From: Nageia nagi | Lineage: Eukaryota; Plantae; Pinophyta | Length of the DNA: 64,000 bases | Reading direction: 5' to 3' | Assembly: GCA_050084985.1 (NCBI GenBank) | Contig: JBITNC010000002.1 | Location: 15,748,001-15,812,000, forward strand | Part shown: positions 39,289 through 52,205 of the stretch, in pieces | How the letters are laid out: every line of letters starts with the position of its first letter | Position numbering within the stretch: position 1 is the first letter of the stretch | Made by a program: the position numbers and the translations under genes | Notes under the pieces: generated by a model | The model's input: the letters and a program-made list of their open reading frames with translations, nothing else | What the model was told of the DNA's origin: nothing | The model's database searches: none

Positions 39289-39427
39289 AGCGTATATCTT
39301 CTCTTCAAATATGAAGTGTGTGGAAGAGCATTTTCTACTCGAATGAAATATATAAAGATAGTTAAATTGAGTGGAGTTTGATTGTTTATTTATTTATTTT
39401 TAAATTTTTTAAATTTATTTATTTAAA

Positions 39428-39462
39428 TATTATTGAAATGGATTATAAAATTGTTTTAGAAG

Positions 39463-39523
<61 letters not shown>

Positions 39524-39563
39524 AAATGGATCATAAAATTGTTTTAGAAGTAGTATATATATA
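39428..39563. repeat. (TA)n microsatellite with duplicated flank
   Basis: TATTATTGAAATGGAT(T/C)ATAAAATTGTTTTAGAAGTAGT occurs twice, each copy followed by (TA)n. Confidence 0.9.
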
Positions 39564-40209
39564 TGGGGAAATTTGATAATATAAATTTCTATTATATTTC
39601 TAACATAAAGATTTGGAGTTTTGTTATTTATGTCATAGAATGTATTAAAATTAATTAATGTTTTATCAATGATGTGTAAAAACTATTAGATTTTATATAT
39701 TTGTTTTATAGTCAAAGGTTAAATGCGACTTCAATTCAATTATCAAGCAATGTCAATATAAAGAAATAAGAGGTTGTAAGGATTTCAATGCTCAAAGTCA
39801 TTGTTCCATGTATAAATGAATAGTCAATGCAAACTCTAGTTTGCACAAAGGTATTATGTCCTCTCTACACTTAAACAAACCCAATTTGTATTTTGATCTT
39901 ATCATAACAATCTCACACTTTGCATAGCTAAATTATATAGAAGAAAGTGATGGTCTTGCATAATTAAAAAACTTTCTAGGATGGATAACACTTAATAACA
40001 CCATGAATCTCATATTTTATCTTGATAGTTGGATAAAACTCAATCTTATGATGGGCATAAAAAATTCTTTCATTAGTCTCATTCCTTACTAAGATCATAT
40101 CTTATAATGCAAGAGCAATACCCATCTTTTGAATGTAAATATTATATTAAGAATTACAAAATTGATAGGATCATTAATCATAATAGACTTAATTATATAA
40201 AATAAAAAA

Positions 40210-41050
40210 TAATTTCTTATGGATAAATTCTATGTTAATGTAGATCTTACTAAAGACCTTTCATGGAAAACTATTCTAAACTCCTGATATGGAACTTGGG
40301 AATAAAGAATTGAGTATAAACATCTCATTCCTAAATGCACTATTTGTAAAATAATGTATCACATATATAAATATTGTTTAGAGAAGCCCAAAAACCCACC
40401 TAGGAATTATCTAGGAAGAAATAATAATGCACCACAAAATTGAAATCAACAAAGAAATAGACCTTAAGAACCCCAAAATAGGAAAAAGTAGAACAAGATA
40501 ACCAATTTACCACTTGAAATAAGGAATTAATTTGATTTAATTTATGAATCAGACCCAAAAGAAGAAACTAATTTCATGAAGTTGAAAGGAATAAAGATGA
40601 AGTGAATAACAACTTCAATTATATCAAAAACCTCTTGGAGAAAAACACATCAATTACATCCTAATATGCCCCAACACCTACACCCACACCCACCCCTACA
40701 CCATCTCACTCCCCCTTATAAAATTATCTTACTCACCTGTCTAATATAGCTGAAACATCCAATCCTACCAATCCAAATCAACTAACATAATATGAAGCTC
40801 ATAGAAAATTGGATATGTAGGGACATGATCAGTTGGTAGAACATCTAATCATGAAGTCTATCATAGAGAAATGATAAAAAAATTTGTAGATGAAATAAAA
40901 ATCATTTTGAACCAAAATGAGGGATTCCTCACCCCACAGTCCAAATGATTTTTGAAACAAAAGGAAAAGGAGACATCACCCTACTCTAAAAAAAATGAGT
41001 GTGAATTGGTAGATCTTAGGTTTACTTTAAAAATAATATGCAAGAGAGAT
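40210..41050 (+). mobile_element. L1 ORF1 remnant
   Basis: FYVNVDLTKDL...RIEYKHLIPKCTICKIMYHIYKYC (CX2CX4HX4C knuckle). Confidence 0.65.
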
Positions 41051-41132
41051 TCCATTCCTTAACCTTGGAATTAGATTGTAAAATCCATTATGCAATACAT
41101 TACAATGGAGGAAAGGTATTATATGATATTTA

Positions 41133-41629
41133 TGTTGGAATATATAATGCATTACTGTAAAGGTTTTGTAATAATCTTCTATGTAAGTTCACTAATACTT
41201 AAGGGTATCATTTGATACGTTAAGTATTTATGTGAATATGATAATGTAACTTATCCTACACTCCATGTCATGAGCATGCCCCTTAGGTAAAAGGATGTGC
41301 ATGTCATGCTTTTGTACATTGGGTAAAAGGGTGATCCAAAGAGGGATTTTGACCTATAAATAAAAGGCTCCCTCTTTGGATCATACACCAATTGTAGAGT
41401 AAAATTATGCTAGTGGATAGTGTTTAGGAGTTGAGGTTAGAAAGTTTGTAAGAGTTCATATTGTGAATGAAGTGAGATCTAGTTAGTGGATGTACTCCTA
41501 GTTGGAGGAACCACTTACATCTTGAATTATCTTTGTGAGATTATTTTGTGAGTTATTTAGATGTGTTTTGTGGGCTTTCATGTGACCTTGGGAATATAGA
41601 GTTGTTTAGTTTATAGCTCAACTCTCACA
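41133..41629 (+). repeat. 5' LTR of copia B
   Basis: About 29 substitutions plus one 3-bp indel versus the 3' LTR by manual count (~6%). Confidence 0.97.
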
Positions 41630-41631
41630 GT

Positions 41632-41643
41632 TGGTATCAGAGC
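41632..41643 (+). promoter_or_regulatory. Primer-binding site (tRNA-iMet) of copia B
   Basis: TGGTATCAGAGC, 2 nt after the LTR. Confidence 0.96.
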
Positions 41644-44571
41644 ATAGTGTGGAAGCTCTTCTTCAACATCTTAGAGGTTCTTCAACCCTCATCCATCTTC
41701 ATCATCTTTTGAGGTTTACTTTTCTTATTGAGGTAAACACAAGAGAAGGTATAAATTCCTTCCTCCTTGATTAATTTTCTTTTGGATTATTTTTTATACT
41801 AACATTTTTTGTTGTTAGTTAACTTTTAAGTGGTTTGCTTAATCTAACAATATATTATTGTTACAATTTTTACATTCTAAAATGCTAATCGCAATTTTAT
41901 TTTTTGTAAAAATTACTTATAATATTGCAATAATATATAGTTATGAAGCCTTGTGTAATATAAACTTGCAATTTTTTAATCTTTAGTAAGAAGTATTAAA
42001 AATTTTGCAATTTTTTAACTATACTCAAAAGATATATATATATATATATTTTGTATTTTTTTTTAAAAAGAGAAGAAAGTATTTTTTTTAAAAGATCTGC
42101 TCAAAGGAGAGTTGTACTTGTACTATTTATTTTACATTTTTTTTTTATTTTTTATCAAATTCTATATTCTAGGGAAGAGATAATTCTTACGCGATTCTGC
42201 TCTACCATCTTGCAAACCCAGGAGTAGTGCAGCTGCTTCGCCCATCTCCTCTCCTCATCACATTTTCGACCAACTCCTCTTTCAGCTTGGCATTGCTAGT
42301 TATAGGGTTTGATGCAACCTATTGTTCTATGCTTTTTTTCCCTAGCACTATGTAATCCAACTAGTATTGAGGTTTTCTTTCTATAGGCTTCCCTCCACTT
42401 GCAGTCCTCCCTGGTTGGGTGACTCCTAACCAGTGTGTTATTCTCCCTCCTCTCTTGTTGCATTTATTTTGGTGTTGCCTAACCAAACCCTATGTTCATT
42501 TTCTCCTCCTCCCTAGTGCGATTGGCATGGTGTGGTGAGCGTGGAAATCCCTTGATGCAAGCCCTCTCATAATTATTTTTGGTGTTGCTTCCTTTGTGCT
42601 CTTTGCATGCCCTTCCCATTCTTAGCTCCTCACATTTGTTAAAACCTTCGTTGTCCTTCAAATATTTGGTTGGTCCATTTGTGCACATTGTGTGGATTGA
42701 GGCTGCTTCTTCGAACCCTTGCGTATTAAACCATAGGCCCTCACATTGCAATCATGTCATCACACTCTCTCATTGCTTTATTTAAACATAGGCCAAAATG
42801 GATTTAAAAATTGCATTAAAACTTTGTATTGACCTCCACATTTTTTATTATTATTTTTGGGGCACCCATTTGCATTAAAACTTACTCTTGCATTCTAAGT
42901 AAAGGTCTTGAGTGGCGTAGAGTATTGGACTCCTTGTTACATTTAATGCATTGCAATATTTAATATCTTGAAGATTGAGTCTTTTTTTTCCTTTTCTTGT
43001 TCAAAAAGGTAACTCCTAATTAATGTCCATACTAGTATGCTTACAAAAGTATATTTTTCACCATCATACTTCTTTAATTACTCTGACTTAGAGTAGAGTT
43101 TAGAGTCAAAATAATGATAGCTTATTAAATTTCCCTTGTTCACTTAGAGAAAATAATGAGTCAGGTACTTATTTGGAAAGGTAATTTTGTGGAGAATATT
43201 TTTATGCCATGATGGAAAATATTTTTTAGTGTCAAAGTTAATTTTTTTATAGATTTGACATTATAAGACAATTCTTAAGTGACAATTTTTATGCCTAAAA
43301 GATAAAATTTCTTTTAAGAATGTAATTTTTTCACCTTCATAAATACTTAAGTATTTTTTTTAAAAGGGAAAACTAGCATTCTTTAGGATCATGCTAATTT
43401 AAGATCTTTTTTTAAGTATAAGAGGGGGAGATTTTATTCTTTACTTATTTTTTTTTCTTTAGATCCTTTATGGATGTGATGTATGGAAATGAAGTAATGA
43501 TGTATGTTCATTACTTAGAATATTTTTATATATCCTTATGCAAATGTTAAAATGCATTTCTATCACTTAGAATTATTATTGGATACCTCTTAAATGTTTA
43601 TTTTAAAGTCCTTTTTGAATATTTATGCAAACTATGTAAATGATGAATGCTTCTTACTTAAATTTTTTAAGTTATGGGAATGATGCATTTTTAAGAATCT
43701 TTGATAACTCTCAATTTTTAACTTTTTTATGCAAAATGGACTTATGCAAAATCAGGAATGATGTAAAGATGTCCTTTAGGGGTAGGTAAACAAAATCCAT
43801 TGGGCACTTAGGTTTCAAATTTTGAATGGATGATCTTTTACTTATGCTCTTTTACTTCATATTTTGCACTTTGATTTATTTGCTTATGCAAACAAAAATG
43901 CAAATATTGATTTGATCAACCACTTAAAATGAACACATCTACATGTACATTTTGCAACATGACTTGTTTGGGGAGCCATGAGGTAAGGACAGGCAGATTG
44001 GAGCTTTTAAGTTCGATGATCCAAATGATAAAAAGTTCATACTTCTCAATTGACCTTAAGTCCTCTGTTGGTCTAGACATAACTCCAATAGATGAATAGG
44101 CATGTGTGTAGTGATACCACATGTTTGCACATCCATTCAAAAATTATCTTAATAATCTAGAAGGATAACTTGAAACCTAATCAAGATTAATAATTTGGCT
44201 GATCTAATAAATATCATAACCTTAGAAAATAATAGGTACTTCTCCTTGTGAGAAAGTATAATACTGACCAAGGTGAACTGGTTGAAAATTGGTAATACTT
44301 AAGCTCTTCTTATGTGGGCATCTAGATGAAAGTCTAATTTTAGATTAAAAAATAAGCCTCAATAATGTTACTCTACATCTATGGTTCTTAAGATGAGAAA
44401 TGTATTTGGGTACATGGATTATTATTTGAGTTGTAAAACATTTGCACTAATGAATCAAATCAAGCATGTCTTAGTTAATTAAATGTAACATGTATTACTT
44501 ACTTGGTTAAAACTTAACATATTTTATTTTTTTAAATCACATTCTTATTATTTCACATTCTTATGTAGCAA

Positions 44572-47500
44572 ATGGGAGACTCCTTTTTATCGAAACACAT
44601 TCTCGATGGTTCTAACTTTAGAATTTGAAAACCATGAATGAGAGCTAACTTGTAGGAAAAAAAACTTTGGTAAATACTAAATGAGAACTTTGTACCTTCT
44701 ACAGATGAGAAGGCACTAGAGGCTTATAACATGAAGAATGAGTTGACAACCTCCATGATTTTTTATGCAATTTTAGATGATGTGCTCTTAAGGATTTCTT
44801 CTTCAACCTCGATAAAAGAAGCTTAGGATAAGTTTAAGCAAATCTACCTTAATTCAAAGTTTTTAAGAAGGTTTACCATTCTCTAAAAATTACCTCAATA
44901 TCATCAAAGGAAATATGAAAATGTGGTTATCTACTTGAACAAAATCATTGACCTTAGGACCTAACTTATTGCTTATGGATGCAATTGGATCAATGATGAG
45001 TTCATGATTTTTATCATTCTTCAAAGCCTTTCTTCAAAGTTTGGTAACTTTGTGATAGTTATAGAAACAAGGTTTGATGATGATGAAGAAGTCTTCTCCA
45101 TTGAAAACCTTTCTAGGCTCTTTTTGAAACATGAGAAAACCTTTAATAAAAAGTTATTGATTACTTCTTCTAAAGATAATAACATTACTCTTGAAACAAC
45201 TAAAACTCTTTTCAAAAGGAAGTTCAATCATCAAAATAAATCTTATCTTTCTTCCTCTAAAAGGTTTTTAGAAAAGAGGTGACGGCAATAATAATAGTAA
45301 AGATAATGGCAACAATGGTAATAATAAGAATAACATTAACAATAACAATAATAATAGCAACAACAACCACTTCAAGCAAAAAGATAGAAAAGGTAAAGCA
45401 AATAATCCATATTTTAAGGAAACGTTTGATGGTAATTGTAGCTATTGTGGTATCCAAGGTCATAAAGAAGTTGATTGCTAAAAAACGAAAAGAGAAGAAA
45501 AGAATAAAGGTAATAAAAATGTAAAAAAATTTAAAAGAAAGAAGAATATTTAAGCTGGTTTTGCTATGATACTCTATTCCATGTTTTGCAATTTTTCATA
45601 TGACTAGATTGTTGACTCTAGTTACACTAATCATCTATATTTTGAAAAGAAAAATTTTAAAAACTTTCATAAGTATAGAAAAGATGCAATTGTGATAGGT
45701 GATAACTCTATCCTTGAAGTCCAAGGAATTAGAAGTGTGTTGATTCATAAGAAGGTTCTTGAAAATGTGCTTTATGTTCCTAAGCTTAAGATGAACCTTC
45801 TCTCCATAATCCAAGTTGCTAGAAAAGGGTTATTTTTTGAGTTCAACTCTCAATATTGATGTATTAAAAAAGGACTTGCCACATTAGTTAAAGGATCAGT
45901 GAAAGATGATCTCTATATTAGGATCAAGTTCCATCAAATATGTGTCTTACTACAAATATATGTTCGAAAGGTAATCTTTGGCACCAATGCGTAAGGCATC
46001 TTAACCATAAGAGTATTCAAGTTGTGAAAGATCAAGAACTTGTGAAAGGTTTTTCTTCAATTTCTCCTTTAATTGGTCTATGTGAGAAGTACATCCTTGA
46101 TAAGATGCATAGATGAAAGTTTGAAAAAGATACGATAATAAGAGCATCTCAATCTCTTCAACTTATGCATTTAGATTTCATAGGTCCATTCAGACTAAGT
46201 CACTTGGAGGAGCATCTTACATCTTAACCTTCATTGATGAATTTAGTAGGATGGCCTTTGGGTATCTACTTAAGCATAAGGATCAAACCTTTAAGAGTTT
46301 TAAAGTTTTTAATTCCTTTATTGAGAATCAATCTAACTTTAAAATCAAGATGTTGAGATTAGATAATGAAAGAGAATATAATAGCAATGAGTTTAATGAT
46401 TATTGTACTAAGTATGGAATCAAAAGGTAATTTACAATTCCTTACACTCCTCAATAGAATGATGTTACTAAAAAAAAATAAGATAATTATGAAAATGGTT
46501 AGATGCATGCTGGGTAATCTTTCTAGTTTCTTATGGGGTGAAGCTATGAGCACTACTATTTACACCTTCAATAGGTATCTCACAAAATCCATTTAGGGAA
46601 AAACTCCTTTTGAGGCATGGTTAGGAAGAAAACCTAACATTTCTCACCTTAGGGTGTTTGGTTGTGAAGCATTCTCTTACATTATTTCTAATAAAAGAAA
46701 AAGTTGGATAAAAGAGCTAAAAAATGCATCTTTATGGGTTATGAAAGTTAGCATAAAGATTACAGGCTCTACTTTTTATCCTTCAAAGTAGTGTTCATTT
46801 CAAGAGATGTAAAGTTCAATGAACTTCTTAAAGAATTTACTTTTAATAAGGATGTTGATGATCTAGATGACTCATCAGTTGCTCTTAGCTGGTTGGGTAT
46901 TGATATAGATAAGTCACCTTAGGATAAAAACTCTCCAACTCAAAGGGTAACAAGGAGCATAACCTTGAATAAATCTTTATTTACCAAGATTGATAACAAA
47001 CATGAGCCCTCATCTTTCAAAGAAGCTTCAAAGCACGAGTGCTGGATGGAAGCCATGAAAGTGGAGTATAAGACACTTATGAAAAATAAAACTTAGGACT
47101 TAGTTCCTTATTTTAATGAGAAGAATGTGATTGGCAATAAGTGGATCTACAAGGTCAAGTTCAATTCAGTTGGAGATATTAAGAAGTACAAGGTAAGGTT
47201 AGTAGCCAAAAGTTTTGCTTAGAAATATGATACAGATTATGAGAAAACCTTTACTCCTGTGGAAAAGATGCTTACTATCAAGATTATCCTTGCTCATTTA
47301 CGTAGCTCAAGGATGGAAAGTTTTTTAACTTAATGTCAAGAGTGAATTTCTCAATGGTGACTTAGATGTGGAAGTTTTCGTGAATCAACTAAAAGGATTT
47401 ATTATGGAAGGTAAAGATTCTTTTATGTGCACGCTAAAGAAGTCATTGTATGAACTTAAGCAAGCACTTAGAGCTTGGTACAAGAAGATTTTAGGGTATT

Positions 47501-48552
47501 TTGTAGATATTAGTTTCTCCAAGTGCTTTTTAGACTTCGATTTATATGTGCTTACTTAAGGAAAAGACATGGTCTGGATTCTCCTTTATGTGGATGATCT
47601 TTTGATTATTAGAAATAATGATGAAATCATTCAAGAGTGCATATCCAAACTTAAGGTAATATTTGAAATGACTAATCTTGGTCTTTTACATTACTATCTT
47701 GGAATGCAAGTGTAACAATATAAGGATTGTACTTATCTCAGTCAATCTAAGTATATATTAGACATTTTGCAAAAGTTTAGAATGGAGGAGTGTAGATATG
47801 CTATGATTCTAATCTCTTTTGAAATCATTATTTCTCTAAGCTCTAACTCTTAATTGGTTGATGCTATAGCTTACAAGTAATTAATTGGTAGTATTTTGTA
47901 TTTGACTATATCTAGGCCGGATATTACCTTTGTAGTGAATTTGATGGCATAATTCATGCAAAAACCTTATGTTGAGCATCTTAAAGTTGTTAAGTAAATC
48001 TTAAAGTATGTTGCAAGGACTAAGAATCTTGCTCTCAAGTATTCTAAGTTGCCTTCATTTATTCTCTCTAAATTGTTAGATTCTAACTATGGGGGAGATA
48101 GAGATGATAAGAAATCAACCTCTACATATGTGTTTAGCATTGGTGTAGGTGCTATCTCTTGGGCTTTCAAAAAATAGCTTACTATTTCTCTTTCCACCAT
48201 AGAAGTTGAATATCATGCCATATCTATTGTAGCCTAAGAAGTCATTTGGCTAAAGCATATTTTGAAAGAAATTAGGTATGAACAAGGTGGCTCATCTTTT
48301 ATTTCTTTAGATAATCAATCGATGATCTCTTTGGTTAAGAATCTTATGTTCCATTAGAGAATAAAACATGTGAAAATACAAGCACATTTTATCAAAGAGA
48401 AGGTTCTTGATGGCATCATACACCTAGAGGATTATCCATCCACCTTGAACTTCACTAATTTATTCACCAAGTCCTTACTGAAAGCTTAGTTTTGTAAGCT
48501 TAAGGATGTTATCGGATTGGTGAAGTTGCCCTCAAAGGGGAGTGAAGTTTGA
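44572..48552 (+). pseudogene. gag-pol: copia gag-pol, multiple stops and frameshifts
   Basis: LDGSNF; knuckle CSYCGIQGHKEVDC; protease IVDS; LWHQ; integrase LTFIDEFSR; RT WIYKVKF, LYELKQALRAWY, LLYVDDLLI; RNase H STIEVEY, DNQS. Confidence 0.93.
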
Positions 48553-49233
48553 ATTCTTATGTTGAATTCATATTTGTGATGATAACTTCACCCTTAGAAG
48601 GATTTTATGTTGTATAGTATTGATTTTGTTGTACACCTTCATGGTAAGTTCGCTTTGCATGAGGAACTTGTACAAAGTTTTTAGACCAAAAGATTAGCCA
48701 ATCTAGCACTATTCAGTTATCCATGTGTGAGGAACTCTTATATGTATTTTGGCACTGTTTAGTTATCCATGTGTGAGAAACTCTTATGTGCATTTTGTTT
48801 TTCTCTACTTTGCATTAATAATCAACACATGTAATATATACAGTAGGTGATAATGAGTTTTTGGCCTGACATCTTTGTGATGACTTATAGTGCACCATTG
48901 ATCAGTTTATGATGGCATCTATCCTTGTTGATATGATCATGTTGCATCTAACTGATCTTATTTTCTGAGTTATTTTTTGACTTGTAGGTTACCTACTTCA
49001 AGTATGCAAGCTCTTGGAGACTCTTCATGACTTCTAGTTGGATGACTACTTCATGTACATTAAAACCAGTTGTGGTTAATGATTGTATTTGGCAAATTAG
49101 TGAGTCTCAAATTAGATATTTTTTACTTCATAAATATGTAAAAAGTTCTCATCTCTGTTGTATCTATTTAGAGGAGAACTCTTTTACTTTCTCTCATTTT
49201 TCTCTTTTATTCGCTTTATTTCAATATTGCATT

Positions 49234-49242
49234 AAAGGGGAG
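49234..49242 (+). promoter_or_regulatory. Polypurine tract of copia B
   Basis: AAAGGGGAG immediately before the 3' LTR TG. Confidence 0.9.
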
Positions 49243-49736
49243 TGTTGGAATGTATAATGCATTATTGTGAATGTTTTGTAATAATATTCTATGTAAGTTC
49301 ACTAATACTTGAGGGTATCATATGATACCTTAAGTATTTAAGTGAATATGATAATGTAACTTATCCTACATTCCATGTCATGAGCATGCCCCTTGGGTAA
49401 AAGGATGTGCATGTCATGCTTTTGTACATTATGTAAAAGGGTGATCCAAAGAGAGATTTTGCCCTATAAATATAAGGCTCCCTCTTTGGATCATACATCA
49501 ATTATGGAGTAAAATTATGCTAGTGGATAGTGTTTAGGAGTTGCGGTTAGAAGGTTTGTAAGAGTTCATATTGTGAATGAAGTGAGATCTAGTTAGTGGA
49601 TGTACTCCTAGTTGGAGGAACCACTTACATATTGAGTTATCTTTGTGAGATTGTTTTGTGAGTTATTTAGATGTGTTTTGTGAGCTTTCATATGATATTG
49701 GGAATATAGAGTTGTTTTTATAGCTCAACTTTCACA
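49243..49736 (+). repeat. 3' LTR of copia B
   Basis: Direct repeat of 41133-41629, followed by TSD ATTTA. Confidence 0.97.
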
Positions 49737-50699
49737 ATTTAGATACCATTTTATTATGAGAAATATTTTTTTAAGGGGTAAACCATATTGTTTTCCCTAC
49801 TTTATGTTCAACTCTATTGAAATTTTTGTAAATTAAATCCAAGCATGAAAAAAATTCATTCCCTTACACCAAGGACTTATCATGCTTTTGTACCATTATG
49901 TTATTGGATCAATGGAAACTATAAATCCTTCCCCTCTTCCATAATAAGAAGCAACTCCTTATCCTTTAGATGAAATCCATAAAAATAAAAAGGGGAAAAA
50001 GTTAAAAGTAGTAACATAACCATTGTAGCTGAATTCTTTAAAGATACCCCTATGTTTAAGAGTACTACCATACATATATAGCAAGAGACTCAAAACCTTA
50101 TCTTCAAATACCCCACATACATCCATTGACCTCAATCCTCTCCCTCTCTGCTTAAATCCCTTCACTCCCCCCCATACTTTTCTCCTCCCTCCCCTTCTAA
50201 ACACTCCCCCATATGTTCTTCTCCTCTACCCTTACCTTATCCCTTGTCCCTTCCCTCTCCTCTCTCTCCTTGCTTCCTTTGTAAATACCTATATCCTACC
50301 TTTAGCTTTTCATCCTCTAAGATCAATAATAAGGTCTAGAAAAACATACTCATATAGAAAAAAAATAGTTTAAAAAAGAAAAGAAGCATCACAAGAGCAA
50401 AGACTCGAAAATCATAATCATCAACACTGAGGAACTTAGGATTAGAACCTTAAAAGATACAATGCATGATGAAGCATTATAGGATCTTTTGGTTGCTAGT
50501 TTCAAAGCTAACAATGCATCAAAATGACTCACTCTACCTCTTTTTGTTTCTTTGATTACTTTTTATTTCTATTTATTATATTAATCGACAACTATACTAT
50601 AAATTCTCTAGTAGTTTCAAAACTTTTGGTAATATATGCAAAAGCAATTTTCAAGATCTTACATAAAAAAATCATTTTTATTTATAAAAAAAAAATCAT

Positions 50700-51110
50700 T
50701 TATCATTATGGTATTACTTATCTAATGAAATGACCTAGAAGCTTAAGATGCAATGTGGAAGGTCTTACATAATCTTAAGAAATAATATCAAATTTTGAGG
50801 AAAAAGGTATTTGAAGAGGAAGGCATGTTAGGAACCTTCCCTAAAATTATCAATTAATTATAATTTTCATAAATTATTCATTTGATGCAAGCGTAAAATA
50901 AGAAGATTTATAATTCTAGTCCTTTAAGTAGTAACCCTTGAGCTTTTTTGTTAGAATACTTAGAAATATATTTTATCAAGTGTTTTACTGATTCATCTTA
51001 GTGAGAAAAAATATAATAACTTTATTTTTGGATATTTCCCTTTGAAGAGGCTTGTAACACTTAATTATAATCAATATAAAGTGGCTTTTATTTTCATTTT
51101 GTTCACCGCA
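50700..51110 (+). mobile_element. Gypsy 3' end remnant (chromodomain-like, PPT, LTR start)
   Basis: YLMK*...DAMW-like remnant, then GAAGAGGAAGGCA followed by TGTTAGG at 50826. Confidence 0.45.
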
Positions 51111-51179
51111 GTAGTGAAAATTGATTTTTTCTACAATTGTAGCAATATTTTCTTAGTTGATCAATATTTGGAATTGTAG

Positions 51180-52205
51180 AAATGCCACATCATATTGTTA
51201 AAAATATCCTTGAATCTCATTAAAAAAATCCTTTATTTTTCTTCCTTCATCATGTTGAGACTCAAATTAAATAATCTCTTAGATTTTTTCAATCTTATAG
51301 TCTTGATTTGACTATTTGACTCATGATTATAAGAATTGTGTAAATATTTTCAATCTTCATGTATAATCTCCATGGTTACCATAAGAGGAAAATTGAGTTT
51401 ATCCAAGGCTAAAAGGTTATGGTAGAGTGCCTCAAAATTATCCTTAGTCTCCTTATCCTTTGTTAAGGTCTTCCAAACCATTGGAAACATATACTAATTT
51501 TTATACCTTTTTTCTAGCCCCTTAGACCTTAACAAAATCTACATTTTGATTTTCTAATAATCATAGTCTTCATCATTGAAATTGGTAAGTGAAAATTAAA
51601 TTTTGTTTTTTCTTTTCAATTATACCTTGTAATTGAGAAGGAAAAAACCTTTAAACTTACTTTTGGTTACAAAATATATTTCTCTTAACCTACACTTCAA
51701 TTGGCTCTAATATCAAATATTAATTTTGCTAACAAAGATTGTACACAATAATTTTATAAATAACTTTCAAATAATAATTATAAATCCAATTAAATGATAG
51801 TAAAATAGCAAAACTAAATGAATATACCTCATGTAGAGATTAACATAATAAAATTAAAAAAAAAGATTTTGACAATTTGTTTTCAATTCTTATATCTCTC
51901 TTGAATCAATACATATAATCTTGATAAATGTGCAACAAAATCACACATTGATAAGAAGAAATAATGTATAATATATTTATACATGTTGAGTATGATCTAG
52001 GAGTTTCCCATGCTAGTTGGAATACTCATGGCATCTTTGTTACTCCCACATGTATTTTAACTTTCTTGAAGCTTAAGAGATATTATTTTTTTATTTTATT
52101 TTATTATTTATTTAATAAGAAATAAATAAAAATTTTCTCTTAAATTGATCAACTCTTTAAAAATTACTAATGATATAGTTTTCAAAATAACTTCTAAGAC
52201 CAACA
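51180..52205 (-). mobile_element. Old copia 5' remnant (LTR, degenerate PBS, gag start)
   Basis: TGATATTAGAGC at 51715-51704 (2 mismatches to the iMet PBS); FNDEDYDY*KIKM*ILLRSKGL gag N-terminus; TGTTGG at 52205. Confidence 0.6.

Larger units (their letters stand above)
41133..49736 (+). mobile_element. Structurally complete but decayed Ty1/copia element, copy B (8604 bp)
   Basis: LTRs 41133-41629 and 49243-49736 (TG...CA); TSD ATTTA on both sides; PBS 41632-41643; PPT 49234-49242; gag-PR-INT-RT-RH order. Confidence 0.97.

Noticed and set aside
42225-42262. AASPISS match between copia B cargo and the UCP012943-like exon
   Set aside because: Seven low-complexity residues with different codons; likely chance.
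43760-44340. Hammerhead ribozyme/retrozyme in the structured leader
   Set aside because: No CTGATGA...GAAA core with matching stems was seen.
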